Positions 39,350-49,956 of a stretch of DNA of 64,000 nt are shown here, piece after piece; position 1 is the first letter of the stretch; each line of letters opens with the position of its first letter. This stretch comes from Nitrosopumilus sp. (GTDB taxonomy: Archaea > Thermoproteota > Nitrososphaeria > Nitrososphaerales > Nitrosopumilaceae): assembly GCA_965218695.1 (NCBI GenBank), contig OZ244651.1:2304001-2368000 (forward strand), in the 5' to 3' direction. The notes under the pieces are model-generated. The model was given only the letters and a program-made list of their open reading frames with translations. It made no database searches and was not told where the DNA came from. Both the position numbers and the translations under genes were made by a program.

Positions 39350-40543
39350 CTACAGCGCCTGGAACTCTTCGCTCCACTTGTGGTATGCCCGAATCATCTC
39401 TACTGATACGCTGGGTTTTCTTCTTCCCATTAGCTCCCTAAAGTCGGCGGTGGTCAGGGCCCTAGGCTGAGCCGGTTCCTCCCCGTCTACGGGTTCGTGA
39501 TAGCCAGGGGCGTTGAATATCTCATGCACCGTCTTTATCTGAGCAGACTGGCAGATATCCTTGATGTCGCTTGCGCTGTATCCGTCAAAGAGTTTTGAGA
39601 GATCGCCAGGACGCACATCTATGTTCTTTTTTAATGGGGCAGTGTACTGCTCGAAGAGCTTCTTTCTTGCCTCGTGTGTGGGAAGTGATACGTAGATCCT
39701 CTTTTGGAATCTTCTCAGAAACGGCCAGTCAAGGCTCCATGGCTTGTTTGTGGCACCAATCACATACAGCATCAGGTTCTTTCCCTTCCCGTTGACGCCG
39801 TCCATCTCGGTCAGGAACTGGTTCTTGGTTCTTACCTCCCCGCCAACCTCGCTGTTTCTTGACCCTAGCAGAGAGTCCACCTCGTCTACAAACAAGATGA
39901 CAGGCTTGCCCTTCTTTTCGGCATAGTGCCTTGCCATGTTAAAGAGTTTTGAGACGTTCTTTTCTGCTTCGCCCAGCCACTTGCTCATCATAGAGGAGGC
40001 ATCCACGTTGATAAAGTAGCCGTCCATCTCGTTTGCAGTAGCAGCTGCCAGCATGGTCTTTCCCGTCCCCGGAGGTCCGTAAAGCAGCATGCCCTTGGGC
40101 CATCCAAGAGGGAACAGATCGGGCCTCTTGGTGGGGTATACGATGGACTCGCGCAGTGCGCTCTTTGCATCCTCCAGCCCTATCACCTGTTTCCAGGATA
40201 CGTCAGGCTTCTCTTTCATCACGAGATTCTCAAAGTCGTTTTCAGTCTCCTGCCTCTGCACGGACTTTTTCTGCTCCTCGGCAGATGCCTTGGGATCCAC
40301 TGCAGGCTCCACCCCGCGTGCCTGCTGCAGTACGGTAATTCGGTGATGGTATGACTGGCACCTCTCCTTGTAGATCTGGTTCAGCTTGCTGGTGGGATAC
40401 AGGTGCAGCAGCTTTACCAGCGCGTCTATTGCGTGCTGGTAGTGGGTGATTGCCATGCCACGGGCCCCCTGGGAGTCAAACTTGATCGCCTCAGAGGCAT
40501 ACTTGCTTGCCGTATTCTCCAGTTCTTGCGGTGCCATGCTCAT
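39350..40543 (-). CDS. cdvC: Vps4-like AAA ATPase CdvC
   Basis: N-terminal MIT domain, GPPGTGKT, SKWLGEAEK, FVDEVD. Confidence 0.92.
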   Translation of the reverse strand: MSMAPQELENTASKYASEAIKFDSQGARGMAITHYQHAIDALVKLLHLYPTSKLNQIYKERCQSYHHRITVLQQARGVEPAVDPKASAEEQKKSVQRQETENDFENLVMKEKPDVSWKQVIGLEDAKSALRESIVYPTKRPDLFPLGWPKGMLLYGPPGTGKTMLAAATANEMDGYFINVDASSMMSKWLGEAEKNVSKLFNMARHYAEKKGKPVILFVDEVDSLLGSRNSEVGGEVRTKNQFLTEMDGVNGKGKNLMLYVIGATNKPWSLDWPFLRRFQKRIYVSLPTHEARKKLFEQYTAPLKKNIDVRPGDLSKLFDGYSASDIKDICQSAQIKTVHEIFNAPGYHEPVDGEEPAQPRALTTADFRELMGRRKPSVSVEMIRAYHKWSEEFQAL

Positions 40544-40616
40544 CTCTTTTATCTACCGATCATTCTTGGAAAATTTGGTTGGTATTTTAATGTGTTAATC
40601 TATGCAACAAAGTTGG

Positions 40617-41093
40617 TTAAATTAATTCCACTTGTTTTGCAGGCTCGGAGACACGATCAGGTTCGGCAGCCGATGTCAGGCTGGTCTCCTCAACGGTATA
40701 GTCAGGACCGTAGCCGTACTTGGGATCAAAATCAGAACCGCCTGAGATTCTGGCACGCATGTCAGTTATCCTGTCAACCGAGTCGTCTGCAGACAGCATC
40801 AGTTCTGAGATCTCATCGTCGATCTGCTCAAGGGAGTCGGCCGTCTTGGCAACGATTGATGCAAACTCCTTGAATACAGAGTACGCATCCTTCTTGTTGG
40901 CGTACTTGCAGAGCAAAAAGTCTGCAATGGCTGCAAGCTTGTTCAGGTCCTGCAGCTCCTCTGTTGAGAGTTTTACGATGGCATCATCCCGGGGGGAGTC
41001 AAGCGCGGACAGCCTTTTGTGGATTCCAGATGAGATGGATCTCACGCGTCGGATCTCCCCGTCATGGCCCCGCAGAGGGTTCAGTATAGTCAA
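40617..41093 (-). CDS. Hypothetical coiled-coil protein
   Basis: 158-aa ORF between cdvB-like gene and cdvC. Confidence 0.65.
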   Translation of the reverse strand: MTILNPLRGHDGEIRRVRSISSGIHKRLSALDSPRDDAIVKLSTEELQDLNKLAAIADFLLCKYANKKDAYSVFKEFASIVAKTADSLEQIDDEISELMLSADDSVDRITDMRARISGGSDFDPKYGYGPDYTVEETSLTSAAEPDRVSEPAKQVELI

Positions 41094-41722
41094 GCAGTAT
41101 ACGGTACGGAAGGATCAACATTAGGGTACTGCTTACTTATTTTAGAGTCTGCCATCAACTTTACTTTATCAAGCAGGACAGAGGACTCCCTGCCGGACTG
41201 CTCAAAGTCAAACCTTACCCTTGTGAGGGCAGCAGAATCAAGTATGATGCTGCCCATGTAGATTGAGAGTTTGGAGAGGTTCTGGCTGCAGTCAGGGGCC
41301 ATCCTGTGCAGTCCCGCGCTGACTGTACGGATTACAGGGACAAGCGGCGAGAGGATTCCGGGAATCATGCCCACATCAGATGCCCTCTGCATCCTCATCC
41401 TGACCAGAAGCAATGCCTCCAGAGAGAATACGGCAGTCCGTTCCCGCTCAACAGAGTCTGCATGGCTCCAGTTAAAGTCGTCAGGATCGCATGCGATGTT
41501 CCGGTTTGAACTTCTGATTTCTGCCGTCCTCTGCTCCAGAATACAAACAGTCTCATCCAAGAGGCCGGCACAGTATTCCAGCCTTGGGACAAGCGTTACA
41601 GAGTGTGGTGTTGCATCAGAGAGGGGCGGCCTGCCGGGTGTATCTTTTATCAGCATACAACTAGATGACGTAGATTTTGTATTTGAGGGGCCTGTATCAG
41701 AGAGCATAGTAACCATGGTCAC
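41090..41722 (-). CDS. Divergent ESCRT-III/CdvB-like protein
   Basis: SLEALLLVRMRM...LSPLVPVIRTVSAGL..MAPD...KQYPNV resembles the Snf7/CdvB core; two genes from cdvC. Confidence 0.5.
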   Translation of the reverse strand: MTMVTMLSDTGPSNTKSTSSSCMLIKDTPGRPPLSDATPHSVTLVPRLEYCAGLLDETVCILEQRTAEIRSSNRNIACDPDDFNWSHADSVERERTAVFSLEALLLVRMRMQRASDVGMIPGILSPLVPVIRTVSAGLHRMAPDCSQNLSKLSIYMGSIILDSAALTRVRFDFEQSGRESSVLLDKVKLMADSKISKQYPNVDPSVPYTA

Positions 41723-41815
41723 ACCACGCCGCAGGTACAGTTTTAAATTTTTTTAAGCACATGTGTAAAGGAATTTAGCTTTTGATCTTACCTAATAACA
41801 AGTCCATGATGGTAT

Positions 41816-42976
41816 ATGACAAACGAGCACGCGCTGACCATAAGCCTAGAGGAGTTCGGGCTGAGCAAGTATGAGGCCCAGGCATATGTCACCCTGATCA
41901 CCAAGGGGACGATCGCTGCAAGCGAGCTTGCATACTATTCTGAGATTCCAAGGACGAAGATCTACCCGACCCTGCTCAAGCTGGAAAAGAAAAAGCTCGT
42001 AATCGTCTCACAGACAAAACCCATCACGTGCACGCCGATAGCACCTGAGGACGCCTTTGATGAGATCATTCATGAGCAGATCAACAAGGTAAACGCGATG
42101 AACTCGCTCATATTCAACCTGAAAAAGGCAAGCGAGGAGAGCAGAAGATCAAGGGGTTCCGAGGAGAGAAGGTACGTGCAGCTCAGCTCAGGCAACGTAC
42201 TGGTGCAGCTCCAGAACATGATCGACGGCGCAAAGTCATCGATCAGGATAATGGCAGACCAGTGCGGCCTGGAGTTTCTTGCCGAGTGCAGGGACAGGAT
42301 GCTGTCGGCACTGCGGAGGAACGTCGGGATCAGCGTCATAATCCCCCCCACGCACATAGGCTCAAAACCATTCAAGGTAATACCTGACGGGGTGGACATA
42401 AGAGCCTCTGAGATCACCCAGAACTGCTTCATCTTTGACGGCACCCAGCTGCTGGTAGTGGACAATACCAATGGGAGCGGTGCAATATTTTCATCGGCGG
42501 GCATTCTTGGAGGTAACCAGGAGAGAATGTTTGCAGGCGTCTGGAAGGGCGCCATACGGACCAGGGCCATGGCCGACATGACAAAGTCAGAGGCATACGA
42601 GATCTACAGGATAATCAAGATGACAAGCGATGCCGGACTGGAGTACATGCTGGACTCGGTAATGGTCTCAAAGAGACAGGACTTTGACATGCTTGAGTTT
42701 TTGGAAGAGAACGGGATACCCCTGGGATCAAGATCGATTGATGAGGTTGTGGAGATGATGGATGTGATAGTGCAGATCACATGTTCCGGACGCGTAGTCC
42801 TTGAGCCAAACGGCATGGGTGTTACAGTCGAGTCAAGGTTGAACAGCGGCCATTCCCTGCCGTGGGTCTCGGTGCTTGACAAGTGCCTGCAAAGGCAGGG
42901 TTACGGGACAAGGACCGTATTCCAGAACACTCCCCACAAGGGCGAAAGCGCCCACATCAGGATAAGCAAAAACTAA
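41816..42976 (+). CDS. TrmB-family transcriptional regulator
   Basis: LEEFGLSKYEAQAY...IPRTKIYPTLLKL. Confidence 0.9.
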   Translation: MTNEHALTISLEEFGLSKYEAQAYVTLITKGTIAASELAYYSEIPRTKIYPTLLKLEKKKLVIVSQTKPITCTPIAPEDAFDEIIHEQINKVNAMNSLIFNLKKASEESRRSRGSEERRYVQLSSGNVLVQLQNMIDGAKSSIRIMADQCGLEFLAECRDRMLSALRRNVGISVIIPPTHIGSKPFKVIPDGVDIRASEITQNCFIFDGTQLLVVDNTNGSGAIFSSAGILGGNQERMFAGVWKGAIRTRAMADMTKSEAYEIYRIIKMTSDAGLEYMLDSVMVSKRQDFDMLEFLEENGIPLGSRSIDEVVEMMDVIVQITCSGRVVLEPNGMGVTVESRLNSGHSLPWVSVLDKCLQRQGYGTRTVFQNTPHKGESAHIRISKN

Positions 42977-43002
42977 AATCCGTCAGGGGATCCCCCACCA
43001 TC

Positions 43003-43473
43003 ATGTTGATCGAGGAGAGAATCAGGTCGCTTGGAATAGTTCTTCCCGAGCCTCCGGCGCCTGCAGGATCATACGTTCCCGCAGTCAGGACAGGGGGAGG
43101 AGACCTGCTGTACGTATCAGGGCAGATCCCAATAAAGGACGGCAGGGTACTCTTTACAGGAAAGGTTACGGACAGAAACCTCGAGGAGGCGCAGAGATCT
43201 GCAAGGATGTGCGCAGTCAGCATCCTGGCGCAGGCCAAGAGGGAGCTGGGGGATCTGGAGAAGGTATCCAGAATCGTGAGGCTTTCAGGATTCGTAAACT
43301 CGTCCCCCGAATTCTCACAGCATCCAAAGGTGATCAATCCCGCCTCGGATCTCATGGTGGAGGTATTCGGGGAGAAGAGGGGGACGCACTCAAGGATCGC
43401 AGTCGGCGTGGCAGGGCTTCCCCTGGATGCAATGACTGAGATCGATGCGATAATAGAGGTTGCAAGAGGGTAG
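43003..43473 (+). CDS. RidA/YjgF family protein
   Basis: PAPAGSYVP, YVSGQIP, HSRIAVGVAGLP. Confidence 0.9.
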   Translation: MLIEERIRSLGIVLPEPPAPAGSYVPAVRTGGGDLLYVSGQIPIKDGRVLFTGKVTDRNLEEAQRSARMCAVSILAQAKRELGDLEKVSRIVRLSGFVNSSPEFSQHPKVINPASDLMVEVFGEKRGTHSRIAVGVAGLPLDAMTEIDAIIEVARG

Positions 43474-43723
43474 TCTCAGACAAAGCGACGGGAATCACAG
43501 GCGCATCCTGGCTGCGCCTGAATCGGGATGCGCAGATCCCAGCAGGAATGGGTCGCGGGAGGACGGTTGTGCCCCATCTGATACTTGGCCATCAGGGACA
43601 TCTGGCGTGGTTTGAGGTGGGGGCAGGAAACCCTGTGCGATACTTGACGATACAGGGGGATCGTGGCGGCATCAGAATTGAATTTGGATGTTTTTTTAAA
43701 TACATTTTGTAATTCAATAGGAC

Positions 43724-43921
43724 ATGGCTCAGGTATGCAGGGGAGTGTGCGAGCAGTTGAGGGTCACGACGTTCACAGACAAGCTGCACTACGAGAGAGG
43801 CCAGAAATGGTGCTCACGTTGTGCAAGGTTCTTTCTTGTAGACAACATCGTGTGTCCGTGTTGCAAGACAAGGCTAAGAACAAAGCCTAGGAACAAAAAG
43901 CATGATCTGCCAAGAATGTAA
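43724..43921 (+). CDS. Small zinc-ribbon protein
   Basis: CRGVC, CSRC, CPCC motifs; TTTAAA upstream. Confidence 0.7.
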   Translation: MAQVCRGVCEQLRVTTFTDKLHYERGQKWCSRCARFFLVDNIVCPCCKTRLRTKPRNKKHDLPRM

Positions 43922-44169
43922 TCATCAAAGTGGCAAATGCCAGTGCCTGTGCTGCTGTTCTGTGACGCAGATAGGGTGCCCTTGGTGCGTACTTCCTGTC
44001 CTTGGCTACAGGCAGGTCAAGAGGATAATCAGGGCGTACAGATCCAACCGGCAGGACATTCCACGGTAGGGCAATCAGTCCTGGGGGGCTGGGTCGGCAG
44101 TGCGTGTCTTGGCATGCAGTCTCCGTACACGGCGTTATCAGTTTTATACAGATGCAGCCCAAGTAGAAC

Positions 44170-44535
44170 ATGATTCCGGACTGGCTAAGTGCTGAAAAGT
44201 ACGTCTCGCTTGAGACATACAGAAAGAACGGAGAGTCTGTAAGGACGCCGGTGTGGTTCGTTTTAACAGACGAGGGCGTCCTGATCGTGACAAGGGATCA
44301 GACAGGCAAGGTAAAGCGCCTCAGGGGCAACTGCCGGGTAAGAATCGCAGCATGCACCATCAAGGGCGTGGTAACCGGGGAGTGGGTTTCAGGCACGGCT
44401 GCAATACTGGACAGTTCCCGGACAGAGGAGGCAGTAAGGCTCAGGGGGAAGAGGTATGGGTTCAGGGCAAGGATTGCAAAGTTTCTCAGCAGGGGCAGGG
44501 GGGATCCCGTGGCACTGCTAGTCAGACTGGGCTAG
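44170..44535 (+). CDS. PPOX-class F420-dependent oxidoreductase
   Basis: YVSLETYRKNG..VRTPVWF, TGKVKRLR.N. Confidence 0.85.
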   Translation: MIPDWLSAEKYVSLETYRKNGESVRTPVWFVLTDEGVLIVTRDQTGKVKRLRGNCRVRIAACTIKGVVTGEWVSGTAAILDSSRTEEAVRLRGKRYGFRARIAKFLSRGRGDPVALLVRLG

Positions 44536-45006
44536 ACTGCGCATCATGCGCTCCCTCCTCAGCCGGTATGCTGCAAGTCCTACAAACCCATAGATGACCC
44601 CGAGTCCCGCATACGCCAGCGTCTGGCTGTGCTCTATCAGGACAGCTGAGGCGCCGGTACCCACCACGCCCGGAAGCAGCGACAGCAGGTAGAGCCACCA
44701 GCCGCAGCACCCCAGCGGAACCAGGGAAAAGAACGAGAAGAACGACGTGGCAGCCGTACTGCCGGAGTTTCCCCCAAGTGTCCTTCTTGGTTTGCCAATC
44801 CGGCATCCCATCAGCCTGCCCCATTCAGAGAGGAACACCTGAAGTCCTATTCCAACTCCCATCCCCAGTATCACAACAGAGTTTAGCTGAAAGGCTGCAC
44901 TGACTGCATCCAGTGGATCCAGTGCGGGAGTGGTGAGTATGACCACCAGAAGATAAACGGTAATGGTTGCAGCGCCGGCAAGGACTGCCTTTCTGGAAGG
45001 GCTCAG
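44518..45006 (-). CDS. Membrane protein with GCC motif
   Basis: Four TM segments; frame extends to a CTG at 45006 overlapping the upstream stop (CTGA). Confidence 0.7.
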   Translation of the reverse strand: MSPSRKAVLAGAATITVYLLVVILTTPALDPLDAVSAAFQLNSVVILGMGVGIGLQVFLSEWGRLMGCRIGKPRRTLGGNSGSTAATSFFSFFSLVPLGCCGWWLYLLSLLPGVVGTGASAVLIEHSQTLAYAGLGVIYGFVGLAAYRLRRERMMRSLAQSD

Positions 45007-46175
45007 CTGCCATCACCATAAAGCAGGGTCTGTGGGTGAAACGCAAACCACTCAAACCAGAATCCGGGCTCTATCGACAGCCTCTGCAACTGTTCACCTT
45101 GAAGGGCACCAGATACTGCCAGCCCGTCATAGTTCCACACGGAGCCGGAGACGGTATCGGTTATGCTGCCATCTTCATGCTCAAAGTCCAGAACCCGGTC
45201 CCCCACCGTCCTTTCAAACGCGCGGGCGTTCTCCGGGAACAGAGAGACGAGCAGGACGGGGGTGCTTCCGATGGCATCATTAATGAGCGTCTCTGACTCC
45301 ACGATGCTCTGCTGATATGCCTTGGAGACATCACCCATGCTGAATCCCAAGATTATCTCCTTGGGGTGCAGCCGGTCGTCCCTGTTGTCTATGGGAAACA
45401 TCACGCGGCGATCCGTATAGTAGCTGCCATAGGGATCGACATTGTATGCGCGGCTGTGTCCCGTGTCGGTGGTAAGTACCAGGGTGTCAGGATGAAGGCC
45501 CTTCCAGTCCCCCCACGTAATCACATCAAACGGCACAGTCTCCAGCACGCGTCCGCTCAGCGGACCCTTTACTGCCATGCCGATTGCCTGGCTCCAGTAG
45601 GATTCAGTCAGCCGGTCATACATCAGAAGGTTGCTGTTGTACAATTTTCCAGAGGTGCCAAACTCCACGGTCTGTCCGTCAATGATCCTCTCAAAGACCT
45701 GGTTGGTATAGCATAACGGGCAATAGGTAACAGATACCGGGGTGCCTCCCACCTCGTCGTTTACTATCTCATGCCACACCAGGATAAAGAGCGGATACGC
45801 CCTTGCCTGGCCGTTGATCTCAAGGCCTATTACCGTGTCAGAATCTGACATGAATGCAGAGTCTGCAACCTCTGCAAACATGGGATTGTCAATGGATGGA
45901 ATGCCGTCTTTGGGAGGGCCGCCGCCTCTGATCTCCTCAAGAGGTATGGTATGCAGGACGCCGTCAGTCTCCATTATGGTTATGGCATTTTTGGCGTCGG
46001 TAGGATCCGTATCGTCTGGTGCGACTGTAGGCACAGTCTCGTCTGGTGCGACTGCAGGCACAGCATCAGGGGAGGATGCCGGGTTGCTAGCGGTAGTTTG
46101 GCTCTGAATCACGCCTGCCAGGATTACAAGTACGACGCCTGCAACAACTGCAGCTGCAACAATCTTTAGATTCAA
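45003..46175 (-). CDS. DUF3179-family membrane-anchored protein
   Basis: GGPPKDGIPSID, WHEIVND, TYCPLC, FGTSGKLYNSNLLMYDR. Confidence 0.88.
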   Translation of the reverse strand: MNLKIVAAAVVAGVVLVILAGVIQSQTTASNPASSPDAVPAVAPDETVPTVAPDDTDPTDAKNAITIMETDGVLHTIPLEEIRGGGPPKDGIPSIDNPMFAEVADSAFMSDSDTVIGLEINGQARAYPLFILVWHEIVNDEVGGTPVSVTYCPLCYTNQVFERIIDGQTVEFGTSGKLYNSNLLMYDRLTESYWSQAIGMAVKGPLSGRVLETVPFDVITWGDWKGLHPDTLVLTTDTGHSRAYNVDPYGSYYTDRRVMFPIDNRDDRLHPKEIILGFSMGDVSKAYQQSIVESETLINDAIGSTPVLLVSLFPENARAFERTVGDRVLDFEHEDGSITDTVSGSVWNYDGLAVSGALQGEQLQRLSIEPGFWFEWFAFHPQTLLYGDGS

Positions 46176-46256
46176 CTGATCTGTATTTGGTTCCGAATTA
46201 TTAAAAAATTATCCCAATTATGTCATCATGCACGTGACGGCAGTTCTGACAGAAAG

Positions 46257-47330
46257 TCACGCAGAATCTGCCAATCTCTTGTTCAGTTCGGTAATGAAGT
46301 TTTTTATCTTTGGTTTTGGAATGACTGCGCCGCATGCCTTGCCGTGTCCCCCTCCAGAGCCTCCAAGATCGGTGGCCAGTATGTTTACTATCTTGCCAAG
46401 ATGAAACTTGCATGACTTGGAACCGCGTACGGACACGGCGTAGATTCCATGGTCTATGCGTTCCTTGTATGCAACCCCTACGCTCTTTCCAGACAGGCCA
46501 AGCACGAAGTTGACCGCACCGCTTGCGCCTGCATCATGTATCTCCATGTATCCAAGGTTCTTCTTGGTCTTCATCTCGTCTTTTACCAGGGCAATCATAG
46601 AGGCAAGCTTCTCCACCTGAATCTGCGCAAACTCAAACGCGTTTGGTATCTGGTGCGGAAACTTGGATTCTGCCAGTTCGTCTACAAGGTACAGCAGATA
46701 GTCGGGATCCTTTTGGTGTCCCACGATATTGTACGTCAGCACTGTAGCATTAATCAGTGCAAACTGCCTGTCATAGATTTGAAGCAGGCTTGAGCCTATT
46801 GGCTTGTCCTCCATGTAGTCTGTAATTGCAGCGCATGCTGCAACAAAGGAGGCATGATCATCAAGTTTGGACTTGAATGCAGAATAAACCTGGACTGCCG
46901 TGCATTCGTCGATGTCATGGATCATCTTGACTTTGATCTTCTGCAGGGCAGCAACAACGCCCGGATCTATGTCATGATGGTCAATGTATGTCACTGATAC
47001 CCTGCGCTTTCGAAGAGTGGTCATGATTTCGACGAATTCGTCCTGCGTCTTCTTGCTGAGGCCCAGATCACAGATGTACAGCGACTTGAGCTCCTTGTCT
47101 TGGACAATCTGCTGCAGTGCCTCCATCTGTCCCGGATAGTCAACCAGAATGGAGTCGCCGCCAAAGGCCTGCCTTATCAGCGCAGCAGAACTGATGCCGT
47201 CGGCATCCTCCTTGTGGGAGATACATACTATTCTGGTCTTTTGGACGGCAGACCTCTTCTTTACGGTGGCAATATCAGCAGTTGCTACGTTGGTTGAATT
47301 TCGGGCAGTCTTCTTAGAAGTGCTAGACAT
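46257..47330 (-). CDS. DHH/DHHA1 phosphoesterase
   Basis: HKEDADG, CDLG, IDHH, GGSGGGH. Confidence 0.88.
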   Translation of the reverse strand: MSSTSKKTARNSTNVATADIATVKKRSAVQKTRIVCISHKEDADGISSAALIRQAFGGDSILVDYPGQMEALQQIVQDKELKSLYICDLGLSKKTQDEFVEIMTTLRKRRVSVTYIDHHDIDPGVVAALQKIKVKMIHDIDECTAVQVYSAFKSKLDDHASFVAACAAITDYMEDKPIGSSLLQIYDRQFALINATVLTYNIVGHQKDPDYLLYLVDELAESKFPHQIPNAFEFAQIQVEKLASMIALVKDEMKTKKNLGYMEIHDAGASGAVNFVLGLSGKSVGVAYKERIDHGIYAVSVRGSKSCKFHLGKIVNILATDLGGSGGGHGKACGAVIPKPKIKNFITELNKRLADSA

Positions 47331-47683
47331 GGTCTATCCACCGTAACGGAATTTACGCCCTCATTTAAATGAAGGAAGGATGGCATGGTAGAGTGCAATC
47401 GGGGTGGTTTAAAAAAGCCAAACTTGCACGATGCCTGCGGTCAGGGCGAATTACGCGTGGGACTGTTTTGACGGGATCAGTATTATCGGCGAGGCACGGT
47501 GGCAGCCAACAGGATGTGATCATCTCATGCAAGAATCGCCTGAATAATTGAATTTTATTGGTTTCTAAATCCACAGTCGCCACCGGACATTTTATCTTCA
47601 GGCCAGACAATTACTGTAAATTAGATTCTGCTGCCACATACATGAGTACGACGCAGAAAGTCCGTCTCTCCCATGCATGTCTG

Positions 47684-47872
47684 CTATTTTCCAAATGATT
47701 CTTTGATGTTGTGGCTGATCAGCGAATCAGAGTCAACATATATGCCATAAAGGGATATGCCATCCATCTGTGTTTGGTAGTCGACCCTCTGAATCCTTTT
47801 CAGTTCGTCAGGAGACGCCTTTAATATCAGATCGTCAAGGGTTTGCAAGCGTCGCCGTTCTATTGGTGTCAT
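47684..47872 (-). CDS. Small hypothetical protein
   Basis: 62-aa ORF with AT-rich promoter-like upstream region. Confidence 0.5.
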   Translation of the reverse strand: MTPIERRRLQTLDDLILKASPDELKRIQRVDYQTQMDGISLYGIYVDSDSLISHNIKESFGK

Positions 47873-48338
47873 TTAATTTTTGATCAAAAGTTATAATTTA
47901 TGATTAAAGATTGTCATGTTAGACTAAATACTAAATTTATATGCATAATTCTCACGAAAAATACACGCCTGGATTGTATGTTTGGAGCATGTCACTAGGC
48001 AGAAAAAATCCTGGTAAAATCGAACCGGGCAGTTTGGGAGGAACGCAGGCAGGTAGTGAAATGCCCTTGCACGCATGGCTTGTAAAATAGATGCTGGCGG
48101 CGTCTGCCTGGAATCAGGCATGCTTTCAGATATGCCGGCATGAGAAGGGATGCCTCCAAGAGGCAGCAGGCTGCAGGATTCCACGCAATACAGCCCCGGC
48201 CTCCTTCAAAATCACGCATCATCTTGTGCAGAATCCATCATTCCATGCCTAGACACGGCCGGACACATGCTACCGACCAAAACTGGTACCGGCACGCATC
48301 GGTGAAGGTATAATAAGCATTTTGTCCACTTTTCTGGT

Positions 48339-49502
48339 ATGGAGACTAAGAACATAGGGCTGCGTGGAATCGAGGTTGCAGACACTAGGATCTCAAACAT
48401 CGACGGGGAGAACGGCAGGCTCATCTACAGGGGATACGACATTGTGGAGCTTACAAAAAAATCGACATTTGAGGAGACAGCATACCTTCTTCTTTATGAC
48501 GAGCTGCCAACAAGGCAGCAGTTGGAAAAATTTAGCAGAAAGCTGGTTGATGCCAGGTACATCCCAAAACAGATGCAAAAGAACATGGGGAACTGGAGAA
48601 AGGACGCAGACCCCATGGATATGCTTCAGGCGTTTGTGGCAGCACTTGCAGGATACTATGACGAGGAGTTTTCAAACAAGAGTGCAAGCTATGACAGGGC
48701 AATCAACCTCATTGCAAAGGTGCCTACCATCATAGCAAGCTGGCAGAGAATCAGGAACAGCTTGAGCATTGTGGATCCGGACCCGAAGCTTGGCCATGCT
48801 GCAAACTTTTTGTACATGATGTCAGGTAAAAAGCCAGATCCAGACGTCGAGAAGATCTTTGACGTGTGTCTGATTCTTCATGCAGACCACACGTTCAATG
48901 CATCCACGTTTACGGCAAGGCAGGTTGCATCAACAAGGGCGCACATGTATTCTGCGTCAAGCTCGGCAATAGGGGCACTAAGCGGCGAGCTTCATGGAGG
49001 GGCAAACACGGAGGTCATGAAGATGCTGATGGATATTGGCAGCATAGAAAAGGCAGAAGGCTGGATCAAAGAAGAGATGGGCAAGGGCAACAGAATCATG
49101 GGAATGGGGCATGCGGTGTACAGGACGTATGATCCCAGGGCGCAGATTCTAAAGGAACTCTCAAGAAGCCTTGCAAAGAAGACAGGCCAGCCATGGTTTG
49201 ACATTACTGAAAAAGTCGAGACGACTACCATATCCGAGATGAAGTCAAGTAAGGGCAGGGACATCTACCCCAATGTGGATTTGTACAGTGCATCAGTCTA
49301 CTATATGCTGAACATTCCAGTAGACATGAACACTCCAATCTTTGCAATCTCCAGGGTTGTAGGATGGGCCGCGCATATAATCGAGGAAAAATTTGCAGAG
49401 GCGGCTCCAAGGCCTGCATTGTACAGGCCAAAGGCAACGTATGTCGGAAAGTATTGCGGACCAGATGGCTGCGAATACAAGACATTGGATTTGAGAAGAT
49501 GA
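48339..49502 (+). CDS. gltA: Citrate synthase
   Basis: LIYRGY, HADHTFNAST, LHGGAN, MGMGHAVY..DPR, PNVD. Confidence 0.95.
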   Translation: METKNIGLRGIEVADTRISNIDGENGRLIYRGYDIVELTKKSTFEETAYLLLYDELPTRQQLEKFSRKLVDARYIPKQMQKNMGNWRKDADPMDMLQAFVAALAGYYDEEFSNKSASYDRAINLIAKVPTIIASWQRIRNSLSIVDPDPKLGHAANFLYMMSGKKPDPDVEKIFDVCLILHADHTFNASTFTARQVASTRAHMYSASSSAIGALSGELHGGANTEVMKMLMDIGSIEKAEGWIKEEMGKGNRIMGMGHAVYRTYDPRAQILKELSRSLAKKTGQPWFDITEKVETTTISEMKSSKGRDIYPNVDLYSASVYYMLNIPVDMNTPIFAISRVVGWAAHIIEEKFAEAAPRPALYRPKATYVGKYCGPDGCEYKTLDLRR

Positions 49503-49956
49503 TTCCCCGGCGGATCTTGTGTTCTGACACCACGCACACGTGCCTGCAGAGTTGACCGGCGATATTTGGAGACGCCCGATGGGCAGACATGTCTGTGGAG
49601 GGATTTTTCCCGGGTGTGATGAGATCATTTCTGCTGCAGCATCCCGGATTTCAGGCACGGCTGCTTTGGATCCATTCTGCAGACCGGGCACGCAGCAGAC
49701 ATGAAAAACGAATGATATTTTGCCGCCAAAACCAATCCAAATCAGCTGAAATTTGTCAAATATCGTGGAAGTGATGCAGCTGGCAGGGCACCACGGTCAC
49801 AAATTTAATCATTTTATCAGGATTTGTGCGCGGCATAGTGCTGGACATATTGCTTTACTCATTTGATAGTGAGGATTTGTGGGCAAACGTGACCAAAAAA
49901 CTTTGATCCTAGAACATGCTGAAAATCGGTGTGATATTTTCAAAGGGGCTGTGCAA

